The notes under the pieces are model-generated. The model made no database searches. It was not told the origin of the DNA and saw only the letters and a program-made list of their open reading frames with translations. A stretch of 64,000 nucleotides of DNA from NCBI GenBank assembly GCA_913043235.1, contig CAJWLO010000002.1:11055-75054 (forward strand), given 5' to 3'. A program made the position numbers and the translations under genes. This document shows, one piece after another, positions 50,103 to 59,578 of the stretch (position 1 is the stretch's first letter; every line of letters begins with the position of its first letter). The DNA is from an uncultured Fidelibacterota bacterium. GTDB lineage: Bacteria; Fidelibacterota; Marinisomatia; Marinisomatales; UBA1611.

Positions 50103-50318
50103 ATGAATGAAGCATTGGTAGTACATTATAATGAAAGTGCACTAAGTACCTTGTTTCTAGGCTCAGCCAAGGTAAATACCGAACGGCTCACAGAATTCCT
50201 AAATGAATACACTACCCAAGGGTATACCATCAAAGCCGTTGAACGGGAATACCGGCGTATGCTGCTATTTTTCAAACGCGAAGCGTTTATTATTTTCATG
50301 GAAAGGCCTCGACCATGA
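50103..50318 (+). CDS. DUF4177-like small protein
   Basis: RBS aggaga; 'LTEFLNEY...GY...RRMLLFFKRE'. Confidence 0.7.
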   Translation: MNEALVVHYNESALSTLFLGSAKVNTERLTEFLNEYTTQGYTIKAVEREYRRMLLFFKREAFIIFMERPRP

Positions 50319-50965
50319 ACCTGAAACTCAAGGAAAAATATTTCATAGATATCCACAAAGGTATGACGGGAATTTTTATCATACTTTTGATGCAGACATA
50401 CGGCACTTGGGAGAATGCCACATCCTGGACCTACTTGGCCCTCCATGGGTCCTATGGTATCCTTTGGGTATTGAAAAGCTTCATTTTCCCCGATAAAACC
50501 TGGGAACGACAGACCAAAGTATGGTATGGGCTTTATATGTGGTTTGGGCTTACCTTGTACTGGGCCTCGGCCTGGATCATCAATTCCGGCTTTTTTAATG
50601 GAAATATGCCAGTTGCGGCTCCGTCATGGCTTATGGGTCTATGTATTGCCATGTTTAGTTTTGGTGTTTTTTTCCATTTTTCTGCCGACATGTACAAGCA
50701 CACCCTACTGGAAATAAAACCGGGAGAACTCATATCCGGTGGTATCATGTCCAGATGCCGGAATATCAATTATTTCGGGGAACTGCTCATTTACCTTTCC
50801 TTTGCACTTCTGACCCTACACTGGCTTCCTCTGGTTTTTCTTGCTATGATGATGATAATTGTCTGGTTCCCTAATATGTTCCGCAAGGATAAGTCCCTTT
50901 CTCGTTATCCTGGTTTTTCTGAATACCAGAGAAACAGCAGTCTTTTTATTCCTTATCTTTATTGA
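50315..50965 (+). CDS. DUF1295/steroid 5-alpha-reductase-like membrane protein
   Basis: ATGA overlap; 'YLALHGSYG', 'RNINYFGELLIY', 'KDKSLSRY'. Confidence 0.8.
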   Translation: MNLKLKEKYFIDIHKGMTGIFIILLMQTYGTWENATSWTYLALHGSYGILWVLKSFIFPDKTWERQTKVWYGLYMWFGLTLYWASAWIINSGFFNGNMPVAAPSWLMGLCIAMFSFGVFFHFSADMYKHTLLEIKPGELISGGIMSRCRNINYFGELLIYLSFALLTLHWLPLVFLAMMMIIVWFPNMFRKDKSLSRYPGFSEYQRNSSLFIPYLY

Positions 50966-51131
50966 AAAATTGTAAAAAGCATTATTTTAGAAGAATTCGT
51001 CTGATCTGTGTTTTCTAGGGATAAAAATGGAATTAAGAACCTGTTGAGCTAGGTGAAAATTAAGCCCAGGTCAACCGGGGTTTGTTGTTTGTGTGGGCGA
51101 TAGTAGATTTGATTGGGCCAAGGAGATTGCT

Positions 51132-54100
51132 ATGAAAGATCTTAAAATTATAATAATCAGTTCATTTTTTATTATCGCGATTGCTTTTCCTCAATGGTCT
51201 ACAGACCCTGCATCCCCGCAATCGCTGGGCAGCGGTATTCAGGCTCAGTTAGCACCCACTCCCGATGGAGGGTGCTATGTAGCCTGGTTGGGAGATGGCA
51301 ATAATTATACAATCTATCTTCAGCGCCTGAATTCTGTTGGTGAACCCCAATGGAGTGATGGTGGAATTATTGTAAGTAATAATGTAAATGCATCCTGGAT
51401 TGCTGTATATCACTTGAATCTTGCTGTAGATAGCGAGGGCAATGCGATTATCACAACAGTTGATCAGAGGTCAGGTGGTGATTGGGAGGTGTATGCCTAT
51501 AAAATCGCTCCTAATAGCTCCATGTTATGGGGTGATGATGGATTGGCACTTACCGCTAATAGTGTGAGCAACATGTCACCCCGGTTGGCGGTACTGCCAG
51601 ACAATAGCGTGGTAGTTACCTGGATGCATGATAATAATACTGTTCTTTTTCAACGCATTTCATCTTCAGGTTTACTACTTTGGGGCACGGGAATCCTAAT
51701 TGAAGATAATGATGCCACTTTACTCTCGCCCCAGCCGGACGTCACCGTGGGAGACGACGTATTAATCCAATGGATCCGACAATCAGGACCTTTCTGGGCT
51801 GCTAATAGCGAGTTGTATCTGCAGAAATACGATCTGGATGGCAATCCTATTTGGAATAATCCCATCGTGGCTACTGGGCCAGTAGTATTTCCTATGGGTA
51901 ACTGGTTGCAGCAGTCAATTGCGGATGCCGAGAGTGGCAGTTTCTCAGCGTGGACGGAAATGTCCGGCAGTGTACAGAATGCTAAGGTACAGCATATTAA
52001 TGGAGACGGTATGCTATCATGGACGGGTGGAGTTGATCTATCAACCAATTCCAGCAACTTCCATATTTCACCACGGCTTACTATTGCTGGTGAAACACAG
52101 GAAATTATGGCGATCTGGAAAGAAAAAAACGAAAGCCAATCTCAGATTGGTATTTATGCCCAGCGGCTAGATAGTGGAGGGAATCGGATCTGGAGTGCCA
52201 CTGGCATTCCTGTGGTAGGACTAAATAGTAGTTATGACTATCTTGATCTATCTATTGCAGGATTTGAAAATGATATGATCGCAGTTTACATTCAACAAAG
52301 CGTAAATCTAAACAGCGATATCTATGCTGCCCGCCTAGATGCCAATGGAAATTCAGTCTGGATGGACGGAAGTTTGCCAGTAACCAATTCCAATAGTCCT
52401 AAATCAGATATGGTGGCTGCCAAGGGTCTTGGATGCCTTTTCATTGCTTGGACTGAGAATGGTTCTGTCTACGCTCACTGTTTGCTTGGAGATGGAACAT
52501 TTGGTCCTCCAGGAAATACCCTATTAGTCCCTTCAGAATATCAAACCATCCAGGATGCTATTGATTCTGCGAGTGATGGTGATATGGTCTTGGTTGCATC
52601 TGGTACTTATGATGAGTATATCAATTATAACGGAAAGAAAATTTCTATTATTGGCGAAAGTAGGGGAACGACTATAATCGATGCTAATGGAGCACGATAT
52701 GGAGTAGTTATTGATTCTAGTGCTCTCCTAAAAAGTTTTACAATACAAAATGCTTCGGGTGGAAATAATTTTGATGGTGGTGGAATTAAGATGTTAGGAA
52801 ATGCAACCCTAGATGATTTAATTGTTCAAAACAATCAAGCCAGTGGAGATGGTTTTGGTTCAGGTTTCGGAGGTGGCGTAATTGCTAGCGGCTCTGGAAT
52901 ATTAAAAAATTCAATTCTTAGAAATAATTCTGGGCCTGATGATTATGGAGAACTTTGTGTGGATAATGGCACAACTGATTTTTACGATGATACTTTAACA
53001 GTTGAGAACTGTTTAATTAATTCTTCATTTAATTCTATTTTATTTAAGTATGGCACACCAAGAATGATCATGAAAAATTGTACTGCAACTGGATCTGCAA
53101 AAATATTAAGTGGTTATGCTTCTATAAATAACTCTATTATTTTCAGCAACAATAATGATCCCATAAATCAAGAGTATGAAAACCTAATTATAACATATTC
53201 GAATATAACAAATGGCTATGAAGGCGAAGGGAACATCAATGTTGACCCTCTTTTTTGCAATTTCCTAAATGGGGATTATACTTTAGCACAAAACTCACCC
53301 TGTATTGGAACTGGCGAGAATGGTGCTAATATGGGTGCGTTTGGAATTGGTTGTGCTCCTTTTAATTTGAAATTATATGTTGCTACTATAGGTTCAGATT
53401 CAACAGGGTCTGGCACAGAAACCAACCCATTTGCTTCCATTCAATTTGGGTTGAATACTGCTAATGAAGGTGACACAGTTTTAGTTGCATCGGGGACGTA
53501 TGTTGAGAATATCACCTGGCCTGAAACAAATGGTATAAAACTTGTTGGAAGTGATGCTGCTGACTGCATTATAGATGGGGATTCTTCTGGGATAGTAATC
53601 GCTTTCTCGGATAGCTTGGGTGGTATTATTGACTCAACGACTCTGATTACTGGGTTTACTATCCAACATGGTAGTGCCGATGATTATGATCAAGCTGGTG
53701 GCCTACTATGTAGAAATGCCAGTCCTAAGTTTACAAACAGTATTGTCAAAGATAATTTTAATGGAGCCGGTCGTGGTAATGGTGGTGGTATTGCTATATT
53801 GGATAGTTCTAGTATGATCATTGAAAATGTAACTATTATTGGGAATATAGCTAAAAGTCAATATTTTGTGCCGGGACCGGGTGGACCTCGCTATCGAGGA
53901 AAGGGAGGAGGTGTATATATTTCCGGTTCTGATCCTACATTAATTAATGTTCTAATAACCAATAACTTTGCAGATGAACTAGGAGGCGGTGTCTCCCTGA
54001 ATTCTTCATCACCTTCATTTATAAATTGTACAATCTCGGATAATATAAGCTTAAATAGTGGTGGAGGTATTTCTTGCGCAGGAAGATTGGATGGTCAGTT

Positions 54101-55928
54101 TATTGGAGGGGAAATTTCCAATAATTCTGCTGATTATGATGGTGGCGGAATCCATATAGGTACACCTGGACCTGTAGATTCTTCTCAGCTATATTTTACG
54201 AATGTTGATATCTTTAATAATCTTGCTTGGGCAGGTGGCGGAATATCAATATGGGATCCCATAATCATTACGATGGCTGGTTGTACAATAAAAGAAAACA
54301 CAGCTATAAGAGAAGCTGGAGGCATAGCCATATCTAATATTGGTGGAATACATGGAGAAATTATCTTCTCTTCAACTAATAGATGTAATATCTATTCTAA
54401 TACGATTCAATATGAAGAGCATGGAAGCAGGGGACTTGGTTTAGATATCCATCTAGATGAAGATGTAATGTTTAATGTAATCGTAGATACATTTTCGGTG
54501 TTAACGCCTACTGATTACTATACTTCTCCGATAGAAAATTTCACTTTCGATATAATAAATGCTATCCATGGCAATCTAATTAACTCAGATATTTATGTCT
54601 CAAATAATGGTGATAATACCAATGTTGGTACATCGCCAGGGTCTGCGTTTAAAACGATTGAGCATGCTCTATCAAGAATATACGTTGACAGTCTTAATAT
54701 TAATACCATACACCTTGCACCCGGTATATATAGCCCTGATACAAATGGAGAAGACTATCCTTTGGTTTGGGCAAGATTTGTTAATCTATCAGGAAGCGGT
54801 GAGGAAGAAACAGTTTTGAGAGCAGATAACTTGTTTGAAAGAATAATGATCTTTCATGACGTGTCTAATATTATTGTTGACAGTCTAACAATACAATATG
54901 GGGCTGGAGTACGTTTTAGTAATTCTAGTCCTATCATTAATAATGTTACCTTTGCAAATAATTTTTCTGACAATGGTGGGGCTGTTTATTGTAATGATAA
55001 TGCTTCACCTGTATTTAATAATGTTACATTTAAAAATAATTTTGCAGAATTTGATGAGGATAGTTCCCATCTTGGGTTATCTGGAGTGGGTGGCGCAGTA
55101 TATATTGGAGATGATTCAAATCCAAGTCCAAGTTTTAATTATTGTTCATTCTTAAATAACCATTCTAGCGGAAGTGGCGGTGCGGTTTACGTTCATTATG
55201 GAACACCCGATTTTAATTATTGTTTATTTGCAAATAATAAATCTGAATCGGATGGTGCATCAATTTTTATTGGAAACAGTCCAGAAGATACTATAATTAT
55301 TAATAATTCCACCTTTTATGATAATCAATCTTTTGACTCTGTTGGTGTAAATATTTTCACAAATTCTATATATGATATAGTTATTATTAATAGCAGTATT
55401 ATGTGGAATAATTTACCAGATGAATTCTCCCATAATGATTCTCTCAATATCATATTTTCAAATATAGAAGGTGGTTTTGAAGGTGAGGGAAACATTAATA
55501 TAGATCCACTGTTTTGTAACCCGGATAGTATAGACTTTAATCTAACAGAAGAATCTCCATGTATAGGTACTGGCCAATATGGCGTTAATATGGGCGCATT
55601 TGGAGTTGGCTGTAACGAAACACTATCTTCTAGTAGTAATCTAATTCCTTCAAAGTTTGTTCTCTACCAGAATTACCCTAACCCATTTAATCCGAACACA
55701 AATATACGTTATGATTTACCTAATAATGACTTGGTAATTTTTACCATCTACGATTTAATGGGTCGTGTTGTTAAAACGATGCAAAACAGCCAGAAGAAAG
55801 CCGGATATAAAACTATAAAATGGAATGCAACAAATGATGCTGGAACTCCAGTTAGTGCAGGTATCTATCTATATATGATACAGGCTGGAGAGTTAAGGCA
55901 GACCAAGAAGATGATCCTGATAAAATAG
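51132..55928 (+). CDS. Large secreted protein: N-terminal repeat/beta-propeller-like region, three DUF1565/parallel beta-helix modules, T9SS/FlgD-type CTD
   Basis: RBS aggag plus ATG 51132; signal peptide; 'VPSEYQTIQDAID', 'GTETNPFASIQ', 'AFKTIEHAL', GGG/GGA repeats; 'QNYPNPFNP'. Confidence 0.85.
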   Translation: MKDLKIIIISSFFIIAIAFPQWSTDPASPQSLGSGIQAQLAPTPDGGCYVAWLGDGNNYTIYLQRLNSVGEPQWSDGGIIVSNNVNASWIAVYHLNLAVDSEGNAIITTVDQRSGGDWEVYAYKIAPNSSMLWGDDGLALTANSVSNMSPRLAVLPDNSVVVTWMHDNNTVLFQRISSSGLLLWGTGILIEDNDATLLSPQPDVTVGDDVLIQWIRQSGPFWAANSELYLQKYDLDGNPIWNNPIVATGPVVFPMGNWLQQSIADAESGSFSAWTEMSGSVQNAKVQHINGDGMLSWTGGVDLSTNSSNFHISPRLTIAGETQEIMAIWKEKNESQSQIGIYAQRLDSGGNRIWSATGIPVVGLNSSYDYLDLSIAGFENDMIAVYIQQSVNLNSDIYAARLDANGNSVWMDGSLPVTNSNSPKSDMVAAKGLGCLFIAWTENGSVYAHCLLGDGTFGPPGNTLLVPSEYQTIQDAIDSASDGDMVLVASGTYDEYINYNGKKISIIGESRGTTIIDANGARYGVVIDSSALLKSFTIQNASGGNNFDGGGIKMLGNATLDDLIVQNNQASGDGFGSGFGGGVIASGSGILKNSILRNNSGPDDYGELCVDNGTTDFYDDTLTVENCLINSSFNSILFKYGTPRMIMKNCTATGSAKILSGYASINNSIIFSNNNDPINQEYENLIITYSNITNGYEGEGNINVDPLFCNFLNGDYTLAQNSPCIGTGENGANMGAFGIGCAPFNLKLYVATIGSDSTGSGTETNPFASIQFGLNTANEGDTVLVASGTYVENITWPETNGIKLVGSDAADCIIDGDSSGIVIAFSDSLGGIIDSTTLITGFTIQHGSADDYDQAGGLLCRNASPKFTNSIVKDNFNGAGRGNGGGIAILDSSSMIIENVTIIGNIAKSQYFVPGPGGPRYRGKGGGVYISGSDPTLINVLITNNFADELGGGVSLNSSSPSFINCTISDNISLNSGGGISCAGRLDGQFIGGEISNNSADYDGGGIHIGTPGPVDSSQLYFTNVDIFNNLAWAGGGISIWDPIIITMAGCTIKENTAIREAGGIAISNIGGIHGEIIFSSTNRCNIYSNTIQYEEHGSRGLGLDIHLDEDVMFNVIVDTFSVLTPTDYYTSPIENFTFDIINAIHGNLINSDIYVSNNGDNTNVGTSPGSAFKTIEHALSRIYVDSLNINTIHLAPGIYSPDTNGEDYPLVWARFVNLSGSGEEETVLRADNLFERIMIFHDVSNIIVDSLTIQYGAGVRFSNSSPIINNVTFANNFSDNGGAVYCNDNASPVFNNVTFKNNFAEFDEDSSHLGLSGVGGAVYIGDDSNPSPSFNYCSFLNNHSSGSGGAVYVHYGTPDFNYCLFANNKSESDGASIFIGNSPEDTIIINNSTFYDNQSFDSVGVNIFTNSIYDIVIINSSIMWNNLPDEFSHNDSLNIIFSNIEGGFEGEGNINIDPLFCNPDSIDFNLTEESPCIGTGQYGVNMGAFGVGCNETLSSSSNLIPSKFVLYQNYPNPFNPNTNIRYDLPNNDLVIFTIYDLMGRVVKTMQNSQKKAGYKTIKWNATNDAGTPVSAGIYLYMIQAGELRQTKKMILIK

Positions 55929-56023
55929 ATTTTTTCTAAATAAGAATTCTCACTTTAGCGGGGTTTTTGTTTGTCTATTATGGCAGTAGATTCATTGAAG
56001 TAATCCATACGATAATAAAAAAT

Positions 56024-56371
56024 ATGTCTGATAACAAAACAACCATACAGGGATTGAAATTGCTGGTCCAGGCTTTTGTTGATGCCCGCGATTGGCAGCA
56101 ATTCCATAGTCCCAAGAATTTGTCTATGTCCTTGTCTATTGAGGCGGCGGAACTGATGGAGTTATTTCAATGGCTGGATCTGGACGAGGCCAGAGATGCT
56201 ATGAAAACCGGTGGGGACAGGGAAAACGCTATAGATGAGATTGCTGATGTACTGATTTATGCCCTTGCATTCTGTAACAGCAATGATATTGATATTACTG
56301 AGGCAGTAACCCGGAAAATGGAAAAAAATAACCGAAAATACCCTGCTGAAAAATTCAAAGGCCATTTTTAA
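56024..56371 (+). CDS. MazG-like nucleotide pyrophosphohydrolase (DCTPP1 type)
   Basis: 'RDWQQFHSPKNL...EAAELME.FQW', 'DEIADV', 'KYP'. Confidence 0.9.
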   Translation: MSDNKTTIQGLKLLVQAFVDARDWQQFHSPKNLSMSLSIEAAELMELFQWLDLDEARDAMKTGGDRENAIDEIADVLIYALAFCNSNDIDITEAVTRKMEKNNRKYPAEKFKGHF

Positions 56372-56550
56372 CTGAAGAATAAAACCAAAGCCTGTTTATA
56401 TTATATTATTTCGTTGGAACCCGATCATAGATTAAGGGGATCTATATTAAAAATGATATGCTAATTGGATGAAATACAGTTATGTTTCTGTCGAAAATAT
56501 TAAATAGAGATGGAGTCTTACATGCATTTTCAATCCGCAAATTCACCTAG

Positions 56551-57156
56551 ATGCCCTATATTATGAATATCGTTATTTGGTTTATTATCATCCTGGGTAT
56601 CATAGCCCTAGTATCCTGGTTTTTTATAGTCTATAATGGCTTGGTGCAGGTACGGGAAAATATTAAAAAATCTTGGGCCAATATTGATGTACTTCTCATG
56701 CAGCGCTCCGATGAGATCCCCAAATTAATCAAAACGGTAAAAGCATTTGCCACACATGAGAAGAAGATGTTTGATTCTGTTATGGATGCCCGGGAGAAAT
56801 ACCTTGGTGCCAACAGTGTTGGTGAAAAGGCGGATGCGGACAATATGGTCAGTGGTGCGTTAAAATCCATTTTTGGATTGTCTGAGTCCTACCCGGAACT
56901 ACGCTCTAATGAAAATTTTATTCAGTTCCAGAACCGAATCAGCGGCCTGGAAAATGAGATCGCAGATCGCAGGGAATTTTATAATGAAAGTGTGAATAAC
57001 TATAATATCCGCATCCAATCCCTACCGGATGTATGGATCGCTGGCTCCATGGGCCTTCAGCAAGAAGAAATGTTCGAAGTCCCCATAGAAAAAAAAGAGG
57101 ACGTGGAGATTGATCTGGATAATTTGTACAGTAATAAGGAATCGGACCAGCAGTAG
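56551..57156 (+). CDS. lemA: LemA-family protein
   Basis: N-terminal TM helix; 'YNGLV', 'WANIDVLL.QR.D.IP', 'ESYPELRSNENF'. Confidence 0.92.
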   Translation: MPYIMNIVIWFIIILGIIALVSWFFIVYNGLVQVRENIKKSWANIDVLLMQRSDEIPKLIKTVKAFATHEKKMFDSVMDAREKYLGANSVGEKADADNMVSGALKSIFGLSESYPELRSNENFIQFQNRISGLENEIADRREFYNESVNNYNIRIQSLPDVWIAGSMGLQQEEMFEVPIEKKEDVEIDLDNLYSNKESDQQ

Positions 57157-57176
57157 CACCAGTTATTGAGTATACA

Positions 57177-57947
57177 GTGAAGGTACTCTTGGTCATCCAG
57201 AAAGCCGGTTCGGGGGATGGAATCGGTTTTGCACTTATCCTTATTTTTGGTGGACTGCTGCTGTTTTATAGCGGTTTAAAAAAAATGCAGCGGGATCGCC
57301 TGATCGCCAATATTCCTACTTCCAAGATTCGATCCATGGCAATGGGTATTGTGGAACTCTATGGTAAGATCCGAACATATGAAGAAACATTAACAGCCCC
57401 ACTTAGCGGCAAGGAGTGTGTGTATTGCCGTGTATCAGTTTCTGAATGGCGCCGCAGGGGTAAACGAACCCACCTGGTAGAGCACCGAGCCCGGGAAAAA
57501 GGTGTCCTTTTTTATGTGGAAGATGATACGGGAAAGGTTTTGGTTGACGCCAGGGGTGCAGACCTAACCAGCCTAACCCGAGATGTATCTATTAAACTGG
57601 ATCAGGGCCATGAAATGACGGATCGGATCAAGCATTATTGTGATAAACACAATATCAATTGGCAGAATCGCAGAATGGAATTTGAAGAGACATTTATAGA
57701 ACCAGGAGAAGAACTCTATATCATGGGTACAGCCCAACCCAATCCACACCAGGATTCGAATGAGCAGCCGGAAGGCCACAAAAATATAATGATTGGTTAT
57801 GCCCAGGGCCAGCGTATGTACTATATTTCAGACAAAAGTGAAAAGGAATTGCTCCATAATTCCGGCTCACGAACTCGATTTATGATATTAAGCGGAATAT
57901 TTCTTGCTGGACTGGGTTTGTTTATGATTATAAGTCAGTTTAAATAA
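57177..57947 (+). CDS. GIDE-domain membrane protein
   Basis: TM-domain-TM layout; 'PTSKIRSMAMG.VEL.G', 'APLSGKECVY', 'FYVEDDTGKVLVD', 'FYISDKSEKEL'-like end. Confidence 0.8.
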   Translation: MKVLLVIQKAGSGDGIGFALILIFGGLLLFYSGLKKMQRDRLIANIPTSKIRSMAMGIVELYGKIRTYEETLTAPLSGKECVYCRVSVSEWRRRGKRTHLVEHRAREKGVLFYVEDDTGKVLVDARGADLTSLTRDVSIKLDQGHEMTDRIKHYCDKHNINWQNRRMEFEETFIEPGEELYIMGTAQPNPHQDSNEQPEGHKNIMIGYAQGQRMYYISDKSEKELLHNSGSRTRFMILSGIFLAGLGLFMIISQFK

Positions 57948-57948
57948 T

Positions 57949-58569
57949 ATGGAAACCAATAAGAAATCCGGAAAGTTTTTTAGGTCTTTAAAAGGACAGG
58001 CCGTGATTTTTCTATTGGTATGGTCATCATGTAATACTGTTTCTTATTTTTGGGCAACAGCAGATCACCGCAAGGCAGTAAGCATAGCAAAAGATTACAC
58101 AGAATATGATGCATTGATCGAAGGGGTAGATAGTTACCGGTTCCAGTTTCCTAATGGAGAAAACATGCGTGTCAAATACGAGAAGGGTCGAAACACACAA
58201 AAAACAGTCTTTTTTTCGGTTGGGCCAAATATAAAAGGATACTTGAAGCGTAATGATCTTTCATTTAGGCCCGACAGTACACGTGTTGGTACCACCTTCC
58301 CTTTGGTGATATCCAACAAGGATCAGAACCTATTCATGGATGCTAAAAAGTTTGAAGACGGCATTGAAAATAAAGATATTGTCCGGCTAATGAAGATAAG
58401 TGGATTAGTCTGGGCGGGGATCCTGGTTCTATTGTGGCTAATAGGCTGGATTCTTTACCGGGTGAATTCAGATGAGAGTATTCTAAATACACCGGAAAAA
58501 GATATACGTTCGCGGCAGGTGCTCCGGGCAAATGCTGAAGTGCCCGATGACTGGGATGAAGACCTGTGA
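57949..58569 (+). CDS. Hypothetical two-TM membrane protein
   Basis: Starts 1 nt after the GIDE gene; two hydrophobic helices around a beta-rich domain. Confidence 0.7.
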   Translation: METNKKSGKFFRSLKGQAVIFLLVWSSCNTVSYFWATADHRKAVSIAKDYTEYDALIEGVDSYRFQFPNGENMRVKYEKGRNTQKTVFFSVGPNIKGYLKRNDLSFRPDSTRVGTTFPLVISNKDQNLFMDAKKFEDGIENKDIVRLMKISGLVWAGILVLLWLIGWILYRVNSDESILNTPEKDIRSRQVLRANAEVPDDWDEDL

Positions 58570-59519
58570 TATTAATAGACACTGAAAATAGATTTGATCA
58601 GAACCTGAAACAAGATATCTGGTATATAAATACAAAAAGATATCGAGATATTCGAAACCAATTAAAGCTTTATTTCTTGATTGTTCCTGCCCTGATATTT
58701 CTTAACTGTTCTGCAGATAAGGTTGTAATGGGAGAGGAGGTCGTGGCAGATTGTGTGCAAACGGAGCCGTCAGGGGAGGTGCCCCAGGATCTGTATCAAG
58801 CAGATTCGGTCCGCTCAACAGATGAATTTCCTCCTTTTACAAAAAAACTCACCGTTTGTGGTATTACCCTCATTGCACGGGAGGATGTTGCAGACCTGTT
58901 TATGGAGAAGGTGGCCGCTACCGTCAGCGCTATGTTTGTGGTTCATGACCATACCGATACATTGCTACAGCGTGAACTGCTTTCCAACCTGTACCGCTAC
59001 AAGACAACGATCCCTCTCTTTTACGGTGAAGACTGGAGCATCTCGTCCTTGGAAGAGCAGGCCTGGGATCAAACATCCGATGCAAACAGTATCTGTGATA
59101 TTATTATGGCCGGAGTTCCTGACCCGGTCATGGAAGTAGTGGAGCATATCCTGCACCATGTAACCGATGTGGGTCTCCATTATACCTTCCCCCAGGATTG
59201 GGGTCTATCCAATTCATCTCGGCTCTACACTGTGACCCAGGAAGCGATCGATCTGGATTATTACGCTATTGAACAATACAGCGATATTGGTGAACCGGGT
59301 ATTCGTAACCGGGTGATTCTGCAGGAATACGCCTATTGGATCATTTACACGGCCTGGGATCTTCGTGAGGCCTATGGACCGCAGGAAAGTGAATGGGTCA
59401 TCATGAACAGCAATCAATTGCAGGATAAACTGCCGGGATCCTACGGCCTTTTCGAAGAAACAATTCCACAGGTGTTAACTTGTCCCGGACCGGAGATACT
59501 GAATATATTTTTAGACTGA
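58566..59519 (+). CDS. Hypothetical probable lipoprotein, zinc-peptidase-like 'EHxLH...QEY' motif
   Basis: 'LIFLNC' lipobox-like; 'MEVVEHILHHVT', 'QEYAYW'; true start uncertain. Confidence 0.6.
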   Translation: MILIDTENRFDQNLKQDIWYINTKRYRDIRNQLKLYFLIVPALIFLNCSADKVVMGEEVVADCVQTEPSGEVPQDLYQADSVRSTDEFPPFTKKLTVCGITLIAREDVADLFMEKVAATVSAMFVVHDHTDTLLQRELLSNLYRYKTTIPLFYGEDWSISSLEEQAWDQTSDANSICDIIMAGVPDPVMEVVEHILHHVTDVGLHYTFPQDWGLSNSSRLYTVTQEAIDLDYYAIEQYSDIGEPGIRNRVILQEYAYWIIYTAWDLREAYGPQESEWVIMNSNQLQDKLPGSYGLFEETIPQVLTCPGPEILNIFLD

Positions 59520-59578
59520 TCCATCAAAGAATCCCTAGCTAAAAAACAAATGGACAAGATGATTATGTATTTATTGTT

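Noticed and set aside
48990-59519. Run of short co-oriented genes resembling an integron cassette array
   Set aside because: No repeated attC-like (RYYYAAC...GTTRRRY) elements and no integrase; several genes overlap like normal operons.
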